DNA of 64,000 nucleotides from assembly GCA_965153355.1 (NCBI GenBank), contig OZ231126.1:40176001-40240000 (forward strand), written 5' to 3'. The stretch comes from Flaccisagitta enflata (lineage: Eukaryota). This document shows, in pieces, positions 34,867-47,736 of this stretch (the first letter of the stretch is position 1; each line of letters starts with the position of its first letter). The position numbers and the translations under genes were made by a program. Below the pieces are notes generated by a model that ran no database searches, had not been told where the DNA came from, and was given only the letters and a program-made list of their open reading frames with translations.

Positions 34867-36074
34867 GGAAGACACTAAGAATGTTTTATATAGCAAATGC
34901 ATGACGGGTGTCCCCATTGACAAAACAAAATCGTCTTTGATGGAATTTAACCACATATGCAATGACTCCGAAAGGAGAAAAGGTTATCCGATTATTCTAT
35001 CGTACTAAATATACGTCAGGGGTAGAAAAAAACGGAAATTGACATCTTATCTTTTTCCTTTTCCAGACAGAGGAAAGGGTCATGCCCTGGATGTACCGAT
35101 ATTCAGGTTGACCTATATATTATCCACAGGAGCAAGAGTAATGCAATTAACTTTATTTCCAGGAAAGGGGAAGGGGAAGGGTACCTCGGGGAAGTTGGAA
35201 TGCATTAAGGTCAGGACAAGTTGCGATAGTGAATGAGGGTCAGGGCAAGTTGCAGCAATCAAAGGACGTCATGGCAAGCTTTGGCAATCAATGAAGAACA
35301 TGCCAAGTTGCGGTGTTTCAGAAAATAGCAGAACCACCGAAATTTCGGGGGGATAGAAAGCGATGCCGATAGAGGGTGGTTGGACAAAAAGACGGAGTAG
35401 AAATGCAGGAGGAGATACGCAAATGGAGGAATCAGAGAGAAGAAGAGGAGAGGGAGCGCAGTGACAATAAGAAAATGTTGAGGTATAATGGGAGAAGGTG
35501 AGAAAGTCCAAGAATAGAGAGAAAAGGAGGCAGCGGCGTATCGCTGTAAAGGGGATGATGGAGAAGATGTGAAAGAATGAGGAAAAAGACGAAAAAAACC
35601 GTGACAATCCCGTGAAGCGGTGGTGTGAGGGGAGTAGGATAAGAAGATAAGAAGATGACTAAGTTGAGGAGAAGGGGGAGAAAGAGAATCAGTGGCAATA
35701 GGGCGAAGCGGCGATATAAGAACTTGAGATCAAAGGATTACGAAAAGCTCAAGAAAAGGAGAATAGAGCAGAGTAGAAAGAACCAGTCATCTGTAGACTG
35801 CACTAGGCGAACGGTACCCGAGCATTTCTGGGCCGAATGTGCTGCAATAGCTGGACTAAAACAAGGCAAGCGTCTTGGATAAATTCCAATCATCCCTTCA
35901 GAGCAGAGGTAACAGAGGTAACAGAGGGCCCAAGTCATAACCTCAATGCAAAATAAAAGGGATGATTGCAAGATGTCTAAAATGACGTTTGGGCCTACAT
36001 TAAAAAATTCTATTCAGTTTTCCGCGACAAAGAGAAGATCGCAAACAGTGCAGGGAGGAACAAGAATGAAAAAG

Positions 36075-36116
<42 letters not shown>

Positions 36117-36593
36117 TGAGAGAGAGCAGAAACTCTCGTCTGTGTGTTGCGAGGTTGTTATCGCTTCATGAAATGAGGCGAAATGGTCGTTTTCGATGTA
36201 AACTGTCAATAATCTGTATGTCTCTATCTGTGTCTCATTTGCCTGTATTTCTCTCATATCTACCTTTTCTTGTTTTACATAGAAAAGTCGTTCTCTATGG
36301 GAAACTGTCACAAACTATTTCCTTGATGCAGAATTCTGGATTTGGATCGTTTACGACAAAACATAAGGTAAATACGTGAAAAAAACGAACATCATGGAAA
36401 AAAATTGCGGGGTATCTTTTTTATTTTGGGTCTATCAAACGTTTTTACTATGCGTCTGTCTTTCTTCATGTCTATGAATCTGCCCACTGCAAAGGAAACA
36501 AGGCCGGATACACGGCTACCCTAGTTGCGTGCGGGTGGGCAGGAGCAGTGTTGGAGAAGGTCACTAGGGCATCTGGGCAGGAGCCGTATATTC

Positions 36594-36890
36594 AACAGGT
36601 CGCCCAAAGTCAATATGTGGTCAGCGATGCCCGTTGCCCTGCTTTGCATGATTAAGAATTGGAGTGAGAGAAAGCAGGGTAGCGGCCCCGAAGGGGACGA
36701 AGTCCTGTAGAACACAGGGGACTTTCGTTCATCCATTCGTGCGTCCGTCCATCCGTTTCCCCCAGGCTCTCTCACGCCTGAAATCTGCCCTCTCAGACCT
36801 CAAATCTACCCTCTCAGACCTCAAATCTGCCCTATCATTCAGATTTCAGGCTCAAGGTTGGGGTGTGAGCCTTGCGGCCGCTGCCCAAAA
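36594..36890 (-). mobile_element. Family-1 variant nested in a family-2 element (36497-36990)
   Basis: Family-2 ends lie outside an AACAGGTCGCCC...GCCGCTGCCCAAAA unit. Confidence 0.75.
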
Positions 36891-39364
36891 GGGGACCGAC
36901 CAACCGACCGACCAACCGACCAACCGACCGACCGACCAACCGACCCATCGACATAACAGGGTGTAGAGTTGCGTAGCACGCGAATAAAAAAGAAGAAAGA
37001 GTAACTATAAAGTCCAGTGTGGATGAGCGAAACAATGGATAGAAGTAGCCTCCGTTCATTTTGAAGTGAGAAAAAAGTCCACGAAAAAGATTTACAGGTG
37101 ACCAATGAAAAAGGGGAGTTTCTAAGCGGAAAGCTTCATTTCTCGATATTCTGCGGTATCTTTAAAACAGAATATTCATCGGTATAGCAGAAGCAAATGC
37201 AATGATGCAGGGTAAAGTAGTACTTAGCTTATGTTATAAAGGGAATCACCTTTCCAATGGAGCAGAGAAATGTAGTAGCCGATGTAACAGAGCAGCATGC
37301 AGAAAGCCAAAGGAAAAAAAAAGGACATAACTAACCAATGGAGTAGAGGAAAGAAGAAGCCAATGGAGCATAAAATTGAAGAAGTGAGGCAATAAATCGG
37401 TTGCCTGGGAAATCTCAACCAACGGCAACGAGTACGTCTTTACCTTTGTCTCATTTCCTTGTATTTCTTATATCTTTATCTCCGTCTCTTTTTATACCAA
37501 CGGCTGCGAGTTTCTCATTATAATAAAGTTGCTTGAGAAACTCGGTCCCGCGGCGAAGACCATGTGCAAGCCAGGTGCCCGTTTCCGTTTATTGCGCCAT
37601 GAGCATCTACACGCACACGAGTTACGTGCACATGTACGAATGTGCTTCATGCACATTGTGCGAAAAGCGGCGTGAACACGTGCGCACGGACTTTATGTTT
37701 AAACTATGAACACGCATACTCGAGCTTTATCATGATTGTGTTCATGCGCGCAAAAATATATTGCTAATAATTTCATGAGCTCAATGCGCATCCACATACG
37801 TGTGAGTAGTTGCTCCGATTTACACACACGTTCTCGTGAGACGGAACTTCCATTTGAGTCGGTGCCGGTCTCGTCCCCAGACTCTTGAGGGAGTACAGTG
37901 TACTCAGTACACGCACGCAATGGCGTCTCTATTCGCTTGCAGTTGGTTGGCAGAAGATTGAGGGGTAGGGGCAGCGGCCTAGAAGACTATCCCGATGTTT
38001 GGGCAGGGACAGTGTCCGATTATTGTCGGTAAGTCACAGTGCAAACAAATACAAAATTTGACAAGTCAAAACGATTTATACAATATTTTTTTTTTCATAT
38101 ATTCAAAGAATTTTTATTGAGATTAAGGATTTGTGGTTGGTAATCATCAATTTTTTGCATAGAAAAACGTTTTTCTGAAACATATGCTTAGGAAATGTGA
38201 GAAAAAAGGATGCGAAATTGATAGATTTTTAATAAAAATTGATTCTTGTGCATTGACATGTCTCGCGTAAAAAACCAAATCTGTCTCTTGATTCAAAATT
38301 TTGCATTTTGAAAAACATGGCATCAGTCTAAACACTTTTAAGAAACAGGCCATGTGTTTAGAAATGCAAAATTTTGCATTCAGAGACAGATTCGGTTTTT
38401 TACGTGGCAACATCTCATGTTTTCCGTGCAATTCTTTTTAAAGAATTCTGTTGTTTCACTGAGTATGCTGCGACTTTACCCATGCGAGATCAATACCATT
38501 GGTCATTTAACCGTTTTTTAATTGATTTAGGGAGTATAAAGCATGCATAAGACTTTAGTTTTTGTTATATTTCCGCTGCATAGCAGCATATTCCATCACA
38601 GAACAGAACGATTTGTAAAATTTGACGCTGATCTGCACCACGACGTAAAAAAAAAAAGTGAATTTGAGCCAACTGACCATTCAATAGATCGACCGACAGA
38701 CACCATTTTAGTGGGTAGAATTTAGCGAATGGGTGCGCCCACAAACGTATTTCCAAGCAGATACAACTGGAGGCAGATAAACATTTGATAGAATCATATG
38801 TCTTCCATAACAGCGCCAGCGTAAGACTTTGATTTCAATGAAGCAGAGGAGAGAGACAGTTGAAAAAAAAGTTGAAGATTGACAGAAACAATTGCGTGAA
38901 TTTCTGATGCCCTCGCACCATTTTTTTTTTCAAATCGAGCTGTGAATCAACACAACTCATCAATCAGAAAAGAAGAACCAAAAAATGTGATTGGCAAAGT
39001 TTTGTGCGTTTTCTTATCGGGTCGGGAGTGACCATACTTTATGGGTGGATTGACCGGCAAAGGGACAATGCAAGGCTCGCAAAAAGAAAATGGTAGATGG
39101 ACCAAGACAGATGCATACATGATGAATGAGCAACGTGGTTCGTGCCATGTTAGACAGAACGGCCATGAATGATAGATCAGCGTAGTCAGGACAAAGAGAA
39201 AGGGAAAGAATAAAAGGAAACAGCGGCATAAATTGTAAAGAGAAAAATTCATGAATTTTGAACATGCTTCGTGACTTTTCTATTTGGACTCGAACAGACT
39301 TATAGAAACGACAGAATGACAGAGAAAAAATGCAACACAATAGAGGAGATGAGACGGATACAAG

Positions 39365-39935
39365 TTTTTGGGCAGCGGCCTCTAAGGGGCCGATGACCTA
39401 TGGGAAAATTTCTCCTTCCTCTCTTCTTCTTTTCCTACTACATCCCCCCCTCTCCCCTGGCCTCAAAAGCCAATTTCCAGCTTCGATGCCCATCTCCCAG
39501 CCTCGAGGCCAAAATCACAGCCTCAAGGCCCGTCCCTGCCTGAAGGCCCAAATCCCAGTCTCAAGGCCCATATCCATGCCTCAAAGCTTAAATCCTAGCC
39601 TCAAGTTTGAAATCCTGCCCCGAGGCCAAAATCCCAGTCCCAAGGCCCAAATCCAAGGCTTAAAGCCTAAATCCCAGCCTGAGGAACAAAATCCGGCCCC
39701 GAGGCCCAAATCCCAGCCCCAAGGCCTTAATCCTAGCCCAAAGGTCTAAATCTAAGCCCAAAGGCCCAAATCTCAACCGCTAGAAGGAGAAATTTCCTCA
39801 AGTGTGAAAGCATACAGTATGAACTGTAACATGCCCCTATGGGGCCGCTGCCCTGCTACCTCCCTCAACTTCAATCACAACCTGTGCTTAGGCAAGACAT
39901 GGATACCGCTGACCATCTATCGCTTTTGCGACCAT
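39365..39935 (+). mobile_element. Family-1 element, older and diverged
   Basis: TTTTGGGCAGCGGCC start, degenerate 20-bp repeats, GCTGACCATCTATCGCTTTTGCGAC end. Confidence 0.8.
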
Positions 39936-40764
39936 TTAAGCATGCTACCTGGTTTGTGCCAAGTGGGAATGTAGACGGCTACAGCCGATAGATCAGCGCT
40001 GAAAGACTGACAGAATCCAACAACAAATAGCAATGTAGATAGAAAGCAAAGACAGAAGCATACAATTCAAATGCACAACGTGGAGGGTGTCATTTGGGAC
40101 TGGGGACGCCCAAAATCGATGAATCAGAACCAAAAAATTGACAAAATCTAACAGCAACTAGCAACCTAGATAGTAGGACCGAGACAGATGTCTGTATGTT
40201 AAATGTGCAACGCGGTCGGTGCCATTTGGGACTATGGACGGCCATAATCGATAAATCAGAACAAGCTGCGTCACATGAGAAGAGGAAGGAAAGGAATGTG
40301 GGAAAGAAAGGGACTGAAAAGTAAAGACGGATACACGTGGGAGCAGTTATGATGTAGGCTTCATTAAGGCAGGGCTAAAGAGTCTGTGTCCATCTTCAAA
40401 AAAGTGAGAAAAAAAAAGAAAAATCAAAGCTTACTGTGACGAAACTGCTAAGCGAAACGATTGTAGCGACAAACATCAGTTAAGCGACCCGATGATTATC
40501 ATGAAGGAGTAAATTAACGACTAGGTAAATGACAAAGTGAACGATCGAATGAACGAATTGTTAACCAGCCAGGTAAATTTGTGACCGTGTTAAAGTGAAC
40601 ACGCACTCTTTCCATCACCGGTTGTCCGCGACCAAAAACAAAACAAAAGATGAAGACCCGGCGCATGCACTCAAAAAACTGGGGGGCAAATCCCTTGAGC
40701 CCTCTTTATATCTTTTTTTCTGCACCAAAATTGGGAAAACTACGTTACTTGAGGAGAAAGAGCA

Positions 40765-40820
<56 letters not shown>

Positions 40821-41865
40821 CACTGTGCCGTATCTCTACGAAAAGTGAACACAGGGCCAACTTTGGGGGGTCAAAAATTGATTTTGAGAAATGGGCATCA
40901 ACACTGGTCTAGAAGGCGAGGAAAAACATAAACTAAGACCAAACCAACTTTTTTAGACCTATTTTAGAGCTACAGCGGCGTCACGAGCTCCTCGAAGTCA
41001 AAAATTTTTGTGTCAAAAACTGTCTCCTTTTTGCAATGACATGAGGGTGAAAAAACAGTCATTGCGGCTCCAAAAATTGGATTTTTGATATGCGGATTTT
41101 TTTGCTGGTTAGGTATTGAGCACCTCTACTGACATCAGGAAAAAAAATTCGACCTGGGTTTAAAATTTTGGGGGAAAATTAAAGTATCTTAATTTTTATT
41201 TTTTTTTTTTTTTTTATGAAAAATGAGCAAACAGTAGTTCTGAAAGTCATATAGCCCCAGAAAGTCCCAGCATTTTTTTTCCAGAATTTGGTAGCCCTAA
41301 GAGTTTACAATTAGGGACCAGTGTCAATTTTTGAGGAACCTAGTGGAACTTCAGCCATTTTTGACCATATTTGGCAAAATGTAAAAAATGTCATCTTTGG
41401 TAAAAAACAAGTCAATTTATCTCTTAACAAAATTAAGTGAGGATGTCAATTTTTAGCAAGGGACTATGTCTTTACATTATGTTTGATGTTTTGGATCCAA
41501 ATTTTGCAGTCAATTTGCAGACCGGCTCAACTACCCTACCGACACGAATTTTGAAAAATGGGTATGAACTGGTCAAAAATTCTCAAATTAAGCTGAAAAG
41601 TTGCATACAGGTTGATTTTGACCTTTGAAATCATTTGCTATTGTTTAGATGTGAGTGAAACGTGTGCAAAGTGCCTAGACGTGGCCTTATTTTTTTATTG
41701 ATGAAAAATGGGCAAAATTGGTCAAAATTTGAAAATCTGAAATTTCAGGGTTCAGACCCCATCAAAGAGATTCATTTACATCAAAAACAATTGATTTGCA
41801 TATTTATGGAGATTTTAAGTCAATTTTTGGCCATTTTGAGCCATTTCTGGCAATTTTGAGCCATT

Positions 41866-42610
41866 TTGGGCCAAAAAAGGCCTAAAATGGCCCAAAATCA
41901 GCATTTTCTTCAAACTGATTGTTACTATTTTGAATCTTTTTGCCGATATCACTCATTCCATTTAGAACTAGATAAAACATACTCATTAGGACCTTTGAAC
42001 ACTTACACCGGGGCCAAAACAGGCCAAAAACAGGCCAAAAAGGCCAAAAATGGCCAAAATCAGCATGATCTTCAAACTGATTGTTGTTATTCAGATTTTT
42101 TTTGCCAGTCTTACTCATTCTAGACAAAAATGGCCTAATATTGCAAAAAATTGCATTTTCTTCAAATTGATTGTTGTTATTTGGAATTTTTTTGACAATC
42201 TCACTCAAACCACTCAGAACTAGGAAAAATATACTCATTTGGACCATTAAACAATTATCTCCGGGCCATAACAGGCCAAAAACAGGCCAAAAATGGCCGA
42301 AAATGGCCAAAATCAGCACTTTCTCCAAACTGATTGTTGTTATTCGGATTATTTTTGCCAGTCTTACTCATTCTACACAGAATTAAGAAAAATATACTCA
42401 ATTGGACCCTTCGACCTTTATACTGGGGCCATAGCAGGCCAAAATCAGGCCAAAAATGGCCTAAAATGGCGAAAATTGGCATTTTCTTCACTCTGATCGT
42501 TGTTATTTGGAATCTTTTCACCAATCTCACTCAAACCACTCAGAACTAGGAAAAATATACTCATTTGGACCATTAAACACTCATGCCAGGGCCATAACAG
42601 GCCAAAAACA
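41866..42610. repeat. About 163-bp tandem units
   Basis: GGCCAAAATCAGCA...CAAACTGATTGTT recurs at about 41889, 42052 and 42306; CTCACTCAAACCACTCAGAACTAGG recurs at about 42200 and 42526. Confidence 0.8.
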
Positions 42611-43011
42611 GGTGGGTCGAATCAAACAAGGCCGGATACACGGCTACCCCAGTTGCGTGCAGGTGGGAGGTCCCTTGATGATTTGGGCAGGAGCAGTGAG
42701 GTCAAAGACCGCAAAAACCCAAAAAAAGTAAAGTGTGACAGACGGTTGGACAAACCGACGCACGGACGGACCGACGCACGGACCGACATAGCAGGGTGTA
42801 GAGTCGCGTAGCACGTGACTAAAAATCTTCAACCTTGTTGATTTCATTATTTGAATTATACTCAATCACTTCTATACAATATTTGGGATTTAGAATGACA
42901 TTTGCAGCCTTATGCAAAGAAGAAAAAAACGGCCAAAAATGTCTTTTTTTAGTCGCGTGCATGCAACTCAACATCTGCTCTGTCGGATGGTCCATCCGTT
43001 GTTCCGTTTGA

Positions 43012-43462
43012 GAGAAAGCAGGGCAGCGGCCCCAAAGAGGAGGAAGTCCTGTAGAACACAAGGGGACTTTCGTTCATCCGTCCATCCATCCGTCCATCCA
43101 TCCGTCCGTCCATCCCTCCATTCCCCCCAGGCTCTCTTAGGCCTGAAATCTGCCCTCTCAGAGCTGAAATCTGCCCTCTCAGGCCTTGAATCTGTGAGAG
43201 CAGAGCTTGAGAGGACAAATTTCAGGCCTGAGAGGGCAGATTTCAGAAAAGAGAGGGCAGATCCAAGGCCTGAGAGGGCAGATTTCAGGCTGGAGAGGGC
43301 AGATTTCAGGTCTGAGAGGGTAGATTTCAGGCCTGAGAGGGCAGATTTCAGGCTTGAGAGGGCCTGGGGGGGACGGACAAACGGACGGACGAACAAATGG
43401 ACGAACAAAAGTCCCCCTGTGTTCTATAGGACTTTGTCCCCTTCGGGGCCGCTGCCCAAAAA
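43012..43462 (-). mobile_element. Family-1 variant with inverted 21-bp repeat arms
   Basis: GGGCAGCGGCCC...GTCCTGTAGAACACA and its inverse; GCCTGAAATCTGCCCTCTCA in forward then reverse orientation. Confidence 0.8.
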
Positions 43463-43629
43463 CCAATAAATGATCAAATGTGCCGAAATTTTATGGCAAA
43501 AAATGATTCTGAATGATGATGGATTGACTTGAATTTGTGCATGATGGTGTCTCAGTGCCAGATCAAGGCCGTATGGCAAGGGGCCGCCAGGGCCGCCATG
43601 GCAGTCCCTTGTTGGGACACACACCATAA

Positions 43630-43724
<95 letters not shown>

Positions 43725-43983
43725 GAGAAAGAGAGAGAGGGAGAGAGAAAGAGAGAGAGAAAGAGAAAGAGAAAGCAAAAGAGAAAGAGAAAGAGATAGA
43801 GATGAAGAGAGAGAGAGAGACAAAGAGAGACAAAGCTTTCTTATACTGAAATGCACGAAGAATTATTGTTGTCTTAATATGTGGAGGCAAAAAAATCACT
43901 AGTTAGATAATTGGGACACTAAGAAGTTGTTGTGACACAAATTGGAGGTGGCACCCCCAAAATCATAGGCTCCCATACGGCGC

Positions 43984-44760
43984 TGTGCCAGATTATCATT
44001 GTTTGACCATTTTCTGACAGAAGCAGCAGTTTGGTAGTCACAAAACAGTGAAAAATGCCAATATAAAAGCTTTTTACGGCATTTTACGAACATTTACGGC
44101 GATGAAATGAGACTCAAACTCAACTCAATGTTTTAAAACTCTGTAGTATGTGTGTCCCTGGTCCAAGTACACATTTTCTAGCAATTTTCGAGTACTTGTC
44201 CATCTACAACAGTAAGAAAAAACCCCAGAAATGGACAAAAATGCAATTTTGACGGCAGTTTACGGCATAAAAATATGCTTAATGATGACATGGTGACTTG
44301 AACTTGTGCATGACAGTGTCACAGTGCCAAATTGTCATTGTTTGACCATTTTTTGACAGATGCAGCGGTTTGGTAGTCAAAAAACAGTCAAAAATGCCAA
44401 TGTAAAAGCTTTTTACAGCATTTTACGAACATTTACGGCAATGAAATGAGACTCACACCCAACTCAATGTTTTGAAACTCTGCAGTGTGTGTGTCCCGGG
44501 TCTAAGTACACATTTTTTTGCAGTTTTTGAGTAGTTGTCTATCTACAACAGCAAGAAAACCCCTTAAAACGGTAAAAAATGCCATTTTGACGGCAGTTTA
44601 CGGCATAAGAATATGCTTAATGATGACAGGTTGGCTTGCATATATGCTTGAATGTGTCATAGTGCCCGTACGTCATTATTTAACGGTATTATGACAAAAG
44701 CAACGGTTTTAGACAAAAAAAACTGGCAAAAATGCCATTTTTACGGTATTTTACGGCATT
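43984..44760. repeat. About 338-bp tandem units (two full, one partial)
   Basis: GTGCC..ATT.TCATTGTTTGACCATTTT at about 43984 and 44323, degenerate at about 44661. Confidence 0.8.
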
Positions 44761-44890
44761 ACGTGCGTCTACCTGAACCGAATGTGCTCTATAACTTTTT
44801 TTGGCTTCTATGGGATAGTTCTAATGGGCTTATGGCGAAAAATTGGGTCATTGGTCACTTTTGGGATTTCGCTTAGGGTGTACCTACATA

Positions 44891-44973
<83 letters not shown>

Positions 44974-45868
44974 ACAAGCAAGTAAATAATCATTAATCAA
45001 CAGCGCAGGATATTGGAGATACAAACCTTTACTGCTTCTCACACAATTGTGCTTCTCCAATTTGGTTGTATTTTGAATACGTTTTAACTTGAATCTAACA
45101 AAATGCAAAGCACTTTTATGATAAAACAAGCCTGCTTAAGTCAATTCCGCGCTACATATGTGTCATATAAAGGGAACAGGTCGATAAAAAAGAGCCTCCC
45201 AAAACACGTTAATCAATCTTTTAATACATTTTCGGGTCTGGTCTTTTCTGATAAGTGTAAAAAAAAGTCTGTTTTTAATATCTATACATAAACCAACCAG
45301 TGCACTGACCCTCTTACAGAGATACGAGGATGCATCTAAAAACATCCATCCAACACGTTCAATCAAATAAGACACATCTGTTGGGAGTTGAAAGAGATAT
45401 GACACATCTGTCGTAGCAGATGTGCATATTTAATCAACGGATTGTTGTCTATTTGTCAATGTTCCAGGGTCCATTTGGTGCAAAGCACAACGGGACAAAA
45501 AGTTATTTGGCTGATTTTATCATTGCTAAACTGGCCCGATTTGTTCTGTAGCCTTACTGAGGAACAAAGTGAGGCTAAAGAACACATCCGTTAAAGGATA
45601 TATGAACCTCCAGAATACTTGATAGAATGAAAGTATGGAATAAAAAGAGAATTATAATCATATAAAACTTACAAACCAAACAGCCAACATAATGGCATAG
45701 AATGTTCCCCATGTCCAACTACTGATCCCAAGCGGAACGAATTCTAGAATGTGAAGTTTTGCGAAACGCCGCAATAATATGGCTTGTCATATTTGCCAGA
45801 TATAAAAATCAATATTGACGGGTAGGAGGAGGAATAAGGAGGAAGAGCAAGGCGAGAGAGAAAGGCAG

Positions 45869-45921
45869 ATTTGCATATTTATAAGCAGAATAATCTCTCT
45901 CTCGTTTCATCCTCGGTAAGT
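45869..45921 (+). promoter_or_regulatory. Candidate core promoter and 5'-UTR splice donor of the DEG/ENaC gene
   Basis: Octamer ATTTGCAT overlapping TATTTATAA, then a consensus donor CG|GTAAGT at 45916; candidate acceptor ttttctcaaaag| at 46292, 15 nt before the ATG. Confidence 0.35.
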
Positions 45922-46307
45922 AAAGACTGCATTCGCGTGTTTCACTTTTGAAAAGGGCATTTCCGTTAAAGAAAACAAGGCCAACGCGTTACAAGTCGCG
46001 TGCGGTCTTGAATACTAAAAGACTAAAAGACCTAAAGACCAAAAGACAAAACAACTAAAAGCAGGAGCAGTAATGCAAAAAACGCCCAAAAACGCCAAAA
46101 AAAGCTAACGCGGACCGACCGACCAACCGACAGACTGACAGACCGACCGACATAGCGGTTCATAGAGTCGAGTAGCACGCGACTAAAAAGAATGCTTTTT
46201 CTTCTGCTCCAAAGGCTCTTGTCCTTATTTTGGATATTGTTGAGTACTAATGTTGTCCAACTTTCATATGATGTATATATTTTTCTCAAAAGGCGAGAGG
46301 TACCAAA

Positions 46308-46685
46308 ATGACAAGTTTGAGTAATATTTTCGAGGAGTATTTGATGGAAGCATCTCCTCACGGTCTCAAAAAGATCTTCCTTTCGTCCCCAACATCGTCA
46401 CGCGTTACGTCAATCGTAATTCGCGTTTTCTGGCTGGTCTCCTGGATCGTGGCTTTCTATCTCCTTTCATTGAAGATCTCGAACATTGTCAACGAGTATC
46501 GTCAACATCCTACGGTCACAAAGTTGACCATCGAACAACGGGAGACTGTGGCTTTCCCGGCTGTAACAGTCTGCGCCGTGAATCCCTTCAAAAAGTCCAA
46601 AGTATTGGAATGGCTGAAAAATTGCGATCAAATCAAAAATGAAAACGGAAAACTGAAAAAGATTTGCGCCAATTATGCGAAATGC
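46308..46685 (+). CDS. DEG/ENaC coding exon 1 (N-terminus, TM1, FPAVTVC); 3' boundary uncertain
   Basis: AAAATG start; the frame is open to TAA at 46758-46760. Phase-0 GT candidates are weak (TGC|gtggag at 46686, AAA|gtattg at 46602). Confidence 0.8.
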
Positions 46686-47653
46686 GTGGAGCAGGAAACG
46701 GATAGATGGAATATTGGAATTCAAAAGACAGGGATATGCAGAGGAGGAACAAAGCCTTAAAAAAGTTTCACCGGCCCGGATACACGGCAACCTTGGTCTA
46801 GAACGGGTGGGCACGAGGGCCTGCTTCGAAAGCCTCAAAAAACTTTATGACCGATGGAATGACCAACCGAACAGTAACGTATCGAGTCACGTGTCCGCGA
46901 CTAAACATAAAAGCAGTTAGTTTAGCTTATTGAGTGACTAATTCATTTTAAACAGGCGGTGTTTGAGATTGAACTTTAGCAAATTTACTTTGTCAAATGA
47001 CTAAGGCTGGCTTGTCTGAATGACAATTGAAAATCAGACATGAAGAGTGAGACAAGACATCGGCATATTAGCTTGTGGGTGTGCTTAGGACTTCTCTGCA
47101 TATTTCTGGTCAAAAACGCGAATCACAGTCTATCAAACAAAACCCAAGTGCAAAAACGTTTGGTTTCTGCGTCTCAAGAAAGATTTGTCTGATGGAGGAT
47201 ATTTTGATCTACAGCGGAATTTGGGGGAAGATGCTTTGGACATTTTTGCACATAAAACCCGCAAAAATAATACGGATATCAGCTTTTTCAGGTTTTATTC
47301 GCTGAACCCTATTAACAATTTAGTCATTAACTTATCCAAATGATAAAGATTCAAACATTGATACTTCTACTAAATTTGTTCTTCCTCACTTTTGGATTAA
47401 TGCTCTCATGAAATACGCCTTAAAATTTCTCAACCTTCATTAGGTTTAACAGGAAATGGTATCAAGATCTGTCATATTGGAAATTCAATTTTCTTGTGGA
47501 GAGACAGCCGAAATTTCTTCAGAGTGGAGGAAATTGTTTCACCTTCAACAACGACGGGCAGTTGGAACAAGATGAAAGAAGCAATTTGGGGGGACTAATC
47601 TTCTACTTGGCGAGGACGAGAAATGAGACGGAAAACAACAACAAAAACAACAA

Positions 47654-47736
<83 letters not shown>

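Noticed and set aside
37496-37947. Possible MITE with ACCAAC...GTTGGT ends
   Set aside because: The inverted match is short, there is no clear TSD, and only one copy is present.
47075-47305. 76-aa ORF listed in the track
   Set aside because: A different frame (47089-47291) fits the splice phase and the channel homology better.
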